From contig MU004195.1 in NCBI GenBank assembly GCA_010093605.1, forward strand, positions 1,069,566-1,133,565: a stretch of DNA of 64,000 nt, given 5' to 3'. The notes beneath the pieces are model-generated. The model ran no database searches, had not been told where the DNA came from, and saw nothing but the letters and a program-made list of their open reading frames with translations. The stretch's first letter is position 1. The number at the start of each line of letters is the position of its first letter. Positions 1 to 11,500 of this stretch are shown here, in pieces. A program made the translations under genes and the position numbers. Origin of the DNA: Lophium mytilinum. Its lineage: Eukaryota.

Positions 1-91
1 TAACCGCACCCGAACCTCTCCGATCTCCAAGTCCAACTCACATCACCACCTCCAGCTCCCTCACCACCCACGCCCGAAGCCGCCAACAACA

Positions 92-632
92 ATGGTTCTC
101 TCCCTCCGCCCTCCCCCTTCCAGCTCTCACCCAATTGACCTCTCCCCAGTCGCAACTCCCCCCGTCGCAGTTCACCGGCCGCGGCGGCATGCAGCCGTGG
201 TCCGTCCGCTCAAACTACCAAACCTACCGCTCACCATTCGGACCAAAGTGTGTAAACCCCAATAGACACGCCGATACATCACTACGAGAAGCACGAGCTG
301 ACAACACCGCGTGTGCTGCAGATACAAGACCGCCTGGAACTTCCACGGCCTGACGCTCGGCCGGATGGCGCAGTTGTACGTCCACCGCCCTCACACCTCT
401 CCCACACCTCTCTCATCCACCCAAGATCCCTTCGCAGACACGCGCGCGCATGCATCAGCTAATTTGTGGAAACAGCGGCTTCACCCTCGGCGCCTTCGGC
501 GGCGTCGCCGGCTTCTTCGCGCTCTTCTTCTTCGGCGAGGTGCCCAAGGTGCGCAAGGATATCCTGCAGAAGGTGCCGGTGCTGGGAAGCTACTTCGTCA
601 GGGAGATTCCGCCAGAGGACAACCCGTTTTAG
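92..632 (+). CDS. QCR10: Cytochrome b-c1 complex subunit 10 (Qcr10), 4 exons
   Basis: Spliced product reads ...YRSPFGPKYKTAWNFHGLTLGRMAQFGFTLGAFGGVAGFFALFFFGEVPKVRKDILQKVPVLGSYFVREIPPEDNPF*, typical of fungal Qcr10. Introns ~95-149, ~248-320, ~376-475. The start may instead be the ATG at ~189. Confidence 0.88.
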
Positions 633-1361
633 ATGTGTTTGGTGCATGGATGGGCGCATGTGGAGACGCAGGGATGGGCATGTGTATCATAGAGATAGAG
701 GGCTCGACTGCGTGTACAATATGAGAAGCGTTGCTGGAAGCCACATCTTTGGTTTAGAGTTTGAGGTGCATATGTGATGTGCGTGAAGTGACGATTCCTG
801 AGAGGCTTTCATAAGTTGTGAGGGTGTCTAATTTCTGTGTCAATCTGGTTCGTTTTCAGTGCAAGCAGCGGGCAAGAGCATGATATGTTTGCTCGAGGGG
901 GGCATTTATAGCTTAAGACGATTGCAATGACTAACAAACCAGGCAGAACCCCAGAGTACACGATACCAGAAGATAGGAAAGGAAAAAGAAGTAGTTGTGC
1001 TCGCTCCACGCCATTATCCGTAGCCTTTGAACAAAAAGTCAGGATAGAACCCGGCGTCCCTTGTAGTCTGTTGTGAGCAAGATTCTTCAACACTTCAACT
1101 TCCGCCTCAACTTCCCTCCCCATCTCTCTCGCACCCCACCAGAATGTTCACGCCCGATTCCTCGATCCAGCTCAGACAGAGGCTACAAGACAAACCCGCG
1201 GAAATCCAAGCTCAAAAAGGGACAACCACCATCTAGCCATGCATAGAACAATTCGAGGGAATTTGACAGACGGTGCAATCGTGGAACCCATCAGCATTAA
1301 TATACCCCGCCCAAGCAAACACCCGCGCCCGAATGTGTATATCATCCACGACAATCTCCGT

Positions 1362-2334
1362 CTAACAGCAGCCGCCCGCCGACCCGCTCTGGACGCCTTG
1401 GCCCTGGCCGATGGGGACGGTAGGCTTGTTGTTGACCGTGTTGGTGCCCATGCGCTCCTTGATCTGTCGGGCCATGGTGAGGAAAGCTTGTTCGACGTTC
1501 GTCGCGCTCTTTGCGGAGGTCTCGAGGAAGGGGATTCCGAGGCTGTCGGCGAACTCCTATAATTCATATATCAACATCTCTTCTTCAGCTATACTGTTCG
1601 CATATCCCTTCCACATACCTTTGCCACTGTGTACTCAACCACCTTCTTGTCCGCCATATCGGACTTGTTGCCAACCAGAAGCTTGTTCACGCCCTCAGTT
1701 GCGTAGCGGTCGATCTCTTGGAGCCACTGCTTCACGTTGTTGAAGGAGTCCATGTCGGTAACGTCGTAGACTACGCAGATCCCATGGGCACCGCGGTAGT
1801 ACGATGACGTGATAGTACGGAAGCGCTCTTGTCCAGCGGTATCCCACTGTACGGCCGCATGTCAGTATGCGCAGTCAGGTAGGCACGTGTAGAGGGGACT
1901 AACGATTTGTAGCTTGACAGTCTTGCCGTCGAGTTCGATAGTGCGGATTTTCTATGCTCATGTTAGCCGCATCTAGGCTGACTGGTCCGTATGCTCGTTC
2001 GGGGTTCAACGTACGAAGTCAACACCGATGGTGGAGATGTAGCTCTCCGTGTAGGTGTCGTCGGCGAATCGAAGGAGGAGGCAGGACTTTCCTACACCGG
2101 AGTCGCCGATGAGGAGGAGCTTGAAGAGGTAGTCATATCTGGACGCACGAGGCGGTCAGTATGGGATTTGCGACGAGGCTGATAGGACATCGATATTGGC
2201 TGCGCAGGTGTCTGTTGGGGTAACTCTATAGAAGGAGGTGTTAGTATGAAGACTTATCCCGCAAGTTCACCAGCTCCCACCGGGGAGGCAGAAGGCGGTC
2301 GTGGATTCAAGGGTACGTACTACTCGGGATTCAT
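1362..2334 (-). CDS. YPT1: Rab1/Ypt1 small GTPase
   Basis: [42 protein letters not shown] and NKSD motifs, C-terminal GGCC prenylation site. Four intervening sequences, the first complex. Confidence 0.98.
2139..2323 (-). other. Putative spliceosomal twin intron (stwintron, [D3,4] configuration) in YPT1
   Basis: Minus strand reads GA|GTA[GTACGT...ACTAAC...TATAG]AGT...ACTGAC...CCAG|ATATGAC. Removing 2226-2320 creates donor GTAAGT of a 90-nt intron, and removing that gives GAA TAT GAC TAC (E-Y-D-Y). Confidence 0.8.
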
Positions 2335-3069
2335 GATGGCGGCGGTATCTTTAGGAGAGCTGCTAGAGGTGGAGTGTCAGTACTTCCTAGGAGGAGGTAT
2401 TTAAGCAAGGTGGCGGGCGGTGGGCGTGGTGAGGATGGTGTTGTTCAGGTGGACGTTGTCGCTGGGGGAAGACGTCGTGAGCGAGCGATAATACGGCTGT
2501 TTAGTGGAGTCGCTTAATTACGCTACCAAGCCTCGGTATTGCGGTAACAATCGGCCGAGTGGGGGAAGAGGCAGGTGACGAGCTAGTCACGTTCAATAAG
2601 CAGCGTGGTTTCGAAGATAAAGTAAAGGCAGCCAGCTAAGATGCCTACATGCGACGCTCACAAGACGCTCAGTGAGATTGACACACGTATCATCCGCAGT
2701 TGACGATGCTGAGTGAGAAGTACAGGCGCCCGAGTCACGGGCTTGGGAGATACGCGTCACGGACATCCTTATAGGTATCCTTTCACGAATCAGTGAATCC
2801 TCCAAGAACCCTACACAGGTCACGAGACACAGTCACTCACGCCTTCAATAGGCTATGCTGTTTTCGAGAAGAGTTTGTTTGTACCCGCGCCCATCTTCGA
2901 GTCGCCTCATTCAGCCGACTCGACACTATCATACAATGCATTAAGAGGCGCCGTGAAGAGAACATTAACCCCAGCGCTGAAGGATATGCTGATCCAGCAC
3001 CCCGCGCTCTAGCAAACCAACCGATCCTTTTGTACCATCAACTCCATACACATCCAAATAAGCTAATCT

Positions 3070-4339
3070 CTACATCACCTTGTTGAAGGCGGGAATGAGG
3101 GTCTGGGCGAGCCAGAAAGAGAAGACGAGCTTCGGCCCGGTCATGAGGAGCTTGGGCGTCAGACCCTTGAAGAAGCTGGAGAAGCCTTCGTTCTTCATCA
3201 TGTTGGACACAATCCGGAATCCGCTCTCGGGGTTCTCGAAGTTCCTATTCTGGATTCGAGTCTTGATGACATCGAGGGGCGCAGACACGAGGAGTGACGC
3301 GCTGGCACCAGCGATGGAGGCGACGAAGTTCTGGCTCCACGACGCGGCGTTATAGTCCGTCAACTTGTAGTAGTACTGCTTAGCAGCGGCCGAACCTCCG
3401 AAAAGCTAAAACAGTGTTAGATAGACTCTCTGATAGGATCTTTCGTGTGGACCTACAGCGAATGAACCCGGGGCATTGCGAGCAGCAGTCCATCCCCAAC
3501 CTCGGTAGAGTCCAAAACCCTCGTCTTTAATGATTGCGATGAGCCCTCGGCCTCTGAATGCCTCCGGGTTGGTCTGTCGCTTGATCTTCAGAACGTCGAG
3601 GGGTAGAAGAACGATCTCTCCAATACCGATCAAACTAATAATCCTGTTAATGCCGCATTCGAGGTGCCAGTATAATTGCGGCATACCTTCCAGCCGTGGC
3701 ATGCATTATAGCCTTTCCATTGCCCTTCCCAAACGCAGCATCGAATTCGTTGCCATGGTTCTTCGCTAGATAATCCCGTACGAAAGGCTGGCCTCCGTAT
3801 TTGTATACTCGTTGTAGCACCTGGCCCAAGTCAATGCCGATCTTCAATCCTATATGCATTCCGGGGTATCAAACCTTATAAGCAGCTGCGTAGCCGAGAC
3901 CGGGGAACAGCGAAAAGAATCGACCCGGGACTGAAGCGCCGGCCTTATCCTTGAATATGATCGTGTTGAGTTGGGCTGCAGAGGTGACCTAGGGGAGATA
4001 AGGGTCAGTCTCGAACTTGAGCAGATATTATTCGGATGTATGTACCTTGCCGTAGTTGCTCATGAGACGCTTTGCCGTTGTATCCACCTGCAAGCCCAAA
4101 TGTCAGAAGATGGGAGACGTGAGAGTCCTGAAGGTGAAAGTACCGGATGGAAGACCATCAACTCCGCAATACCGGCGCATCCTGAACATGTTAGTGGTGC
4201 CCATCAAAGACTTCTTCTGGGTCATACCTGCTCCAAGAACTCTAGCCGGAGTGGACTCCTTCTTGTATTCCTTCGCCGAAGAGTTGTTGGCGACGACTTC
4301 AGCGGCCTTCGAGGCAACATCTTTCGGGGAAGGGCTCAT
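3070..4339 (-). CDS. GGC1: Mitochondrial GTP/GDP carrier (Ggc1/Yhm1), 7 exons
   Basis: Three mitochondrial carrier signatures (HPVDTTAKR, LPLDVLKIK, APLDVIKTR) plus Ggc1-type QRVYKYGGQP and LTPKLLMTGPKLVFSF. Six GT-AG introns restore the frame. Confidence 0.93.
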
Positions 4340-5224
4340 GATGGTTTTTCGGACCGCCGAAGAGTACCGTGGAACGCTGGTGGATTGCGAAGGTGGAGAA
4401 AATAAGTATTGGGAATTGGGATATAGAAGGGCTGCTCGGGCGACCCAATGGCTGGGATTACGGTGGAGATGGATTGTACTTTGCTGGCCACGCGCTGCGA
4501 AAGCTAGAGACGACTTTTTTGTGGTCCATGTGGTCCGTGTGCATGGTGTAATCCTGGGTCCTTCCTGCATCAAATCCATCGACACATTTTTCACCACACC
4601 ATCGGGAGAAATCGATCCAATGAATAGTTTAATGCCTACGTTGAGTTTTTGAGCAGCTGTCGATTCTTTTCCGGTATAGATATGTACATCACGCTGCTAC
4701 TTGCACTATCGTTTATGACAACCAACTCCCTCAGCAATTGCCGCTATACAGGTATAAAATAGACTCGAATTAAGAGCACACTTGTGAATGATCTATATGA
4801 AAGCAATGGCTTTGCAGGCTATGCAGACTGCTTTCTTTCTTTCAGTCACAATCCCATATTTATCAACCTTTCGAAAGTGTTTTAGCATCTCAAGCCCATC
4901 AATAGAGGATCGTTATTTTTAACCTCGAGGGTATCGGCTACGCACTGCACGCAAACACTGATCTAGCCCTTTGAAGTTCTAAGAGGTCTAAGTAGGAAAC
5001 CATCATTCTATACAATTCTAGTATGTCTAGTATGAAGAATCCTGTTTCTTTTCCACCATATTTTTGCCAACATCATCGATGCCCCCGACTCAAATCGAAT
5101 CTTACCACAACCTTCTTTTAAGCTTTGTTCTTGGTCAATCGCGTGTCCCACTCAAAACGCTAATGTGGCCGCCCCCGAATCGTGATTAGCAGCCAGTTGG
5201 CTCAGACTCCCTGCAACCAGAATC

Positions 5225-6297
5225 TCATCCAGGATTGTAGTATTTTCTCCAATTGTGTTCTTCCTTGAAACCAAGTACCTCTCTAATCTTCCGATTGCTC
5301 AATGGCGCTTCCCACTCCCCCATTTCTCGCATGATGGGCGTATTCGGACAGAACTGTGCCAGCAATTCCTTTGTCGGGATCTTGGTGGTGATAGTATCAT
5401 TCGTCGCATTGAAGACCTGGAATCCTAGCCCGTCTTTCTGTACACAGAGATCACAAATCTGGCCCAAGTCTCTGGCATCGATGTACGACCACGCATTTCT
5501 CTTCCTACACGCGGGATCATTGACATACTTCTGGAAGTCTCGCGCGTACTCATGTGGTTCGACGACGTTCCCAATTCGAAGAGCGTAGATGTCCACATCG
5601 AATCGTCTTGCGAATCCCCTGGCAGTTCGTTCACCGCAGAGCTTGGAAATGGCGTAGGTATCCATTGGGTTGACGTCGATGTAGTCTTCGTCTAGCGGGA
5701 AAGACTGGTAATCAAGGTCACCCTGGCCAAAGCATACTTCGTACGTCGTCTCACTGCTAGCGATGATGATTTTCTTGACGCCTAGTTTGCACGCCGCTTC
5801 GATTACATTGTACGTCGAAACTACATTTCCCTTGAAGCTGGTGTGTTTAGTTAGCAAATTTCTCTAGGTAGGGGATTTCAAGCTTACCATTCGTTGTCCG
5901 GGACTAGCATGTTCCGGGCATAAGCTGCGAAGTGAATCACAGCGTCAGGTGGACCTGGAGGGGTTGGGCCATCGTAGCCAGTAAAGTCGAAGTGTGTAGT
6001 GAGGCCGTTGAATACTTGGCCACTATCCGTCAGGTCTGTCTTCAAAGTAAAGACCTTCGGGTCTTCGAAAGGAACAAGATCCAGATTGAGCACTTCATAG
6101 CCTCGTTTGATTAGTTCTGGTATGACGTGTCTGCCAGCTTTGCCTGATCCTCCAGTGAACACAATGCGCTTTCCGTTTGGAGGAATGCTGTCGGTTTGCA
6201 TAGCCCGTGGAGTATCTTCGGTCCACGACATCGGATTGTAGTCTGTATTTTCGATTTCTGCAAATAACCAATTACCGGGAGCGTCAGGACGGTTCAT
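5225..6297 (-). CDS. NAD-dependent epimerase/dehydratase (extended SDR)
   Basis: RIVFTGGSGKAG Rossmann motif, HFAA, ASSE and YAISK (YxxxK). One intron ~5839-5888 joins the two ORFs. Confidence 0.88.
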
Positions 6298-6744
6298 GTC
6301 TGGCTTCCCAGAAGACGTTTTGCAGATTGGTCAAGATAGATGCAGTATTGAAGAAGTTCCATAGTCGATGATGTATTTTATAAATCTCTTAGCGACGTCA
6401 TTGAATCTGATAGCGATACTAAATCTCGTGCCGCGGCCGTGTTTCATGAATGTGTGCGCTTGGCTGCGACTATCTAAAGTGCCTCAATAAGTTATCACCA
6501 TTATAGACCAGAGAAGATTTCCATAATTTGAATGATAGGCTAGTCTTCCAGACCACATCAAACGAGGTTGGGTAAACTCCAAAGTTCAATGCCAAGAGTC
6601 GTCAGAATTCAAACTCCCGCGCGTTTGGTTTTCGAGACCATCGAACCGACAATCTGCATGCATAGTTCTTGACCCGCGACCGACAGCTCCCACAAACGTA
6701 GTCACTTACACTCTCTTCATGTTCATGGTCGAGAAGGCTTACAG

Positions 6745-7671
6745 ATGACCGCCGGGCTGATGCGGAGGCTCTCATCATCAACCAGAACACGCGTGCACCG
6801 GATCGGCGTGAGGCAATGGGCACTCACTCCATTCAGACAGCCTCAGAGGACTCTTGCAAATATCATAGATCCCTCCGAGTCGAACACATGGTTCACGAGC
6901 AATGCGCCTCGCTTTGGCCCCCCAAACCTAGGTGGCAATGACCACACCCCTCCAGACGAGCGGACCTTGAAGCTTGGGAAAAGTAAAACCTTTGCAACAT
7001 AGCTTCTGACATACATGTGCTAACAGAAATCTGAAGCTATACGAGTTCTACACGATCGCCTTCCCACTCTCCTCGCCTCTCCTCTTCCGCAAGAAATACT
7101 CTCCCCACAAATCTCACTCCACCTTTTCCCCTCGACACACCCACACTTACCCACAGTGAGGGGGAAGATCGCATACACAACTGCGCTTTGGACAGCGCCA
7201 GTGGCATGGGGTAGAGTTCCTATAATAGGAAACGTCAAGCTGATAATCCTCTCTGAGCGCATGGTTCAGAATGGCGGTACATCTACAGAGGCAAATATGC
7301 GCCACGAGAAGCTAATAGTGCGTTGGAAGACCTGCGGAAAGAGCAAGGGCACGCAGACCGGGGGATTGTATCGCGGGATCGGAGCTAGTGAGCAGGTTGA
7401 CAAGATCACAGAGTTTCTGGGTGGCGCTGCGCGAAAAGACGAGGAGTTTTGCGGACTCTTTATATTCGAGTTTGACGAGGAAGGCAGGATATTGAGCCAT
7501 ACCATCGAGCATGCGGAAGAGGGTGGTAGCTGGGACAAGACTACGAGAGTGATCAGTGTCACGGATTGGCTGCTGGGCCGGGCTTGGGGCAAAAAGTCAG
7601 AGGATGGGACGCCAGGGCTGGCTATGGCTCAGGAACAGAGAAATGATATCGATCAGCACCGGAGACGGTAA
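6745..7671 (+). CDS. Mug163/MMU163-like mitochondrial protein
   Basis: Arg-rich presequence-like N-terminus, then PPDERTLKLGK/TIRVLHDRLPTLLASPLPQEILSPQISLHLFPSTHPHLPTVRG and GLFIFEFDEEGRILSHTIE. One intron ~6983-7036. Family recognised from memory. Confidence 0.7.
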
Positions 7672-8510
7672 GGAATGTAAAGTACGAAGGCGGAGTTTGG
7701 TTCGACCCTCTACTGCATAGGAGCTGGAAAAGGCGTTGGGACCGGGCTTGGGAGGGTTCTCTTGTACTGATATTGGTCTTCCCCATACTCCTCTTTACCA
7801 AGAACATACATTTTGTTTTCGTAGGCACGAAACTGCCCATCTGTATCTTACCAAACACTATACGGCACTCATTTGTGGCTGCTGAGTTACTCTACTGCCA
7901 CGTCCTGCCGCGCAATTGCTCTGGTCTCTCACTTAACACTCGCCAGCGTCGTCTCGGCCTCCCACGTCGCGGGTAGGGTTCATGGATGCTCCCAGGGCTA
8001 TACGCAAGTGTCCTATGGCATCCGAACGGCTCGCTGCGTCAGCAAGGATCTAGGTCTGGTCGCTGCACCCCACGGGGGAGGGCAAAGATGGCGTCTCCGC
8101 ATTCGACGGCATGATGGACATGTCAGATGCAGCTGCGGCTGCGATTGGAGCTGTGAAACGCAAAGCACCGTGAATCCGACGTAGTCCCATCACGTGTGCT
8201 ATGGAAAGAGGTGGCCGCCGCTGATTGGCGCAGCGTCTAGTGTCATTTGCTGCGTGATGAAGCACGCTCCTCTTTCTGCCTCCAGCTGTCCCGACCTCCC
8301 TCATTTTGACGACAGCCGCTGTGCTGCTGCTCATCCTCTTCTATCCGAATCTCCTCACGGTGGCCAATATCAGAGTGCTGGCAGCCGTCTCCCAGCTTGC
8401 CGCCGCCCGCCGACAGCTCCTTCACGCCCATTACACAGCATTGGCCAAGCTCCAGCCCCATTGCATGCTTCGACGTCCCGGGCGAGTACCGCAGCCTGCC
8501 CACCACAATC

Positions 8511-11500
8511 ATGTCCGACACCACCGGATCAGACCTGAGTGCGTATTCCTCTGCTGCATCGCTCTATGACGCTCCTGCTAATCGCTATGCGCCTGCTTCC
8601 AGACCATCCGATCCTCAACCTCACCCCCGAAGAGACCCGAGTCTTCAAGCAGCTGTTCAATCAAGCTGATAATGAGAATCTGGGAGTCGTCACCGGCGAG
8701 GTCGCTGTCAAGTTCTTCGAGCGCACCAAGCTAGCGCCGGCCATTCTGGGCGAGATATGGCAGATAGCAGACACTGAGAATCGAGGTCTGTTGACTTCAG
8801 CGGGCTTCTGCATGGTACTCCGCTTGATCGGCCATTACCAGGCCGGCAGAGACCCAACACCAGAGCTCGCTTTCAGACGTGAGTATGGCCCTTCAAAAGC
8901 TTGGCTTTGCTGATAAAAAGCAGCTGGACCTCTGCCCAAGTTCGATGGCTTGACCCTCCCCACGCTACCGAATCCCCCAGCAGCTTTCCCTGCGCCTCCA
9001 GCTGGCATCCAACCTCAGATGAGCGGAGGCCCCATCCGTGTGCCTCCTCTTCCACCAGTGAAGGCTGCCGAGTATGCCGCGTTGTTCGAGCAATCAGGCG
9101 CCCAGGGCGGCATCCTGCCAGGTATATCATACATACATTTGGTTTTGCATGGCCCACACTAACCACTGGACCACAGGCGAGACGGCCAAAAACATCTTCG
9201 AGAAGGCCAAACTACCAAACGAGATTCTGGGCCGCATATGGAACCTAGCGGACACGGAGCAACGCGGCGCGCTTGGAGTAACCGAATTCATCATCGCCAT
9301 GCATTTGCTAGCGTCGTATAAGACAGGTGCTCTCAAGGCACTGCCGACAAATCTTCCGGCTGGCCTTTACGAAGCTGCTTCTCGAAGAGGTCCAACGATT
9401 CCTCCCCCACCGCCAGGCCGACCGCGACCCGATGAACCTCTAGCAGGCATTCCACGTCAGTTCAGCGGAGCAAGGCAGCAACGCAATCAAAGCCCAATGA
9501 CCGGAGCTCCCTACGGCACTCCGCCTCAATCTGTACAATCCACAGGTGGGGATTGGTTAATATCTGTTCAAGAAAAGGCATCCTATGACAATCTGTTCAA
9601 CAAAGTCGACACCGTTGGACGAGGGTTCATAACTGGAGAGCAAGCAGTGCAGTTTTTCAGCGACTCTGGCCTGCCGGAGGACATCTTAGCCGGCATTTGG
9701 GATCTTGCAGACATTAACTCTGAGGGGCAGCTTAGCAGGGACGAGTTTGCAGTGGCCATGTACCTTATCCGACAGCAAAGGAAACCTGGAATCAGTTTGC
9801 CCTCAGCTTTACCGGCCAACTTGGTTCCTCCCAGCATGCGCAACCAAATACGACCTCCCGGTCAGCCAACGGCGCCCGCTTTTGATAACGCCGCTCACTC
9901 TTCCAATCTGCCAAAGTCCGCTGCCGAGGATCTCTTTGGCCTTGATGCGTTCACTTCTCCGCCTCCGATCCAGACTCAGCAGTCGACCGGCGGTTCTAAT
10001 ACATTCAACAAGCCATTCGAGGCCGATCCGTTTGGCAGCAAGCCGACTTCTCCATCGTCGCCTCAAACTTTCCAGCCTTCGCCCCGGAATCCTACGTCGA
10101 CATTCAAGCCATTCATCCCATCCTCCTCATTCGGGCAGTCTCTCGCAACTCACTCTACAGGTGCATCAGGGAGCTCAAACTTGGCCCAGCCTCGAGGCAA
10201 TCAATCGCACCAACCATCAGCAATGGACGATTTGCTTGGCGACAATGATCCAGAAGTTAGCAAGAAGTTGACACAAGAGACCACAGAGCTCGCAAACATG
10301 TCGAATCAAATCGGCACTTTGAGGACTCAAATGCAGGAAGTTCAAAGCAAGAAGACTACGACCGAGAACGATATCAACAGCGCAAGCACTCAGAAGCGCG
10401 ACCTGGAAATCCGCCTTTCGCAATTCAGGAGCCAGTATGAACAGGAGGTCAAGGCTGTCAAGACACTGGATGAACGTCTGACTGCCTCTCGCAACGAAAC
10501 ACGGAAGCTGCAGCAAGAGTACGCTATGATTGAGGGAACTTACCAAGATCTGCAGAACCAGCACCGCCAGGTCGCAACCGCTTTAGACGCTGATCAGCGT
10601 GAAAACGCGAGTCTAAAGGAGAGAATCCGGCAGGTCAATGGCGAAATCAGCCAGCTTCGGCCTCAGCTTGAGAAGATGCGAACCGATGCGCGGCAGCAGA
10701 AGGGAATGGTGTCTATCAACAAGAAGCAGTTGTCCACCAACGAGGGCGAGCGGGATAAGGTCAAGTCTGAGATGAACGACCTGACAAAGGCTGCACAGGA
10801 AGCCTACCGGAGTCCTCAGCCTACGCCCCAGGACCAGGCATCCAACGCTGTCAGCCCAGCGGCTTCTGTAGCCAGCCACAACACCAATCCGTTCTTCAGG
10901 AAGTCCCCTCAGCCTACCGAAAACGCTATGTCACCGTCGGGCTTCACTCGCACACAACCGCAACCCAGCAAAGACTTCGACAATGTCTTCGGTCCGTCCT
11001 TTGCTGCCTCTCCGTCGATTGCTGCGCCCCCACACACGTCTTTCCGCCAGGATAGCCAAAGCAACGTCCCGACTTTCTCTGCGCCCTCTGGACATTCTGT
11101 ACGTTCTTCGGAAGGTCCCGATGTACCAACCCCCTCAACTTCGCCACCCCTCTCCGCCTACCAGGAATCGCCACGGGCTGGTGAGCCTCCTGCGCCGCCA
11201 GAATCTCGCCAATTTGCGTCTAGTTTTTTACCTCTTCGTGACGGAGTGCCGAGGTCTGATTCGTTCAGTTCTTCGGTCAAGGTTTCAGCTCCTGCGAGCA
11301 GGTACGGCGGTCCCGCTGGCAACGAAACACCGACTATCGCAAGCGGGTCTCCTTCGGCAACGCCTGTGCAAGAGAAGGGTCTTGAGAGGACGGATACTTC
11401 CAAGACGGAGACGAACACATTTGGATCAGTTGGGCAATCTCTGTTCCAAGACCGCAACTTCACTGCCTCCCCGGCAGCAAGCGCCACGAGCGAGGGCGCT

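Noticed and set aside
2224..2226. Alternative reading of YPT1 intron 1 as two ordinary introns around a 1-nt microexon (TAG|A|GTTACC)
   Set aside because: It gives GAG TAA plus a frameshift, so it cannot encode MNPEYDY.
6295..6362. 22-codon uORF whose TGA overlaps the epimerase ATG
   Set aside because: Its ATG lies only ~15 nt after the TATA-like element, so it is probably upstream of the transcription start.
7690..7720. GGTTCGACCC resembling a tRNA T-loop
   Set aside because: No acceptor, D or anticodon stems can be built around it.
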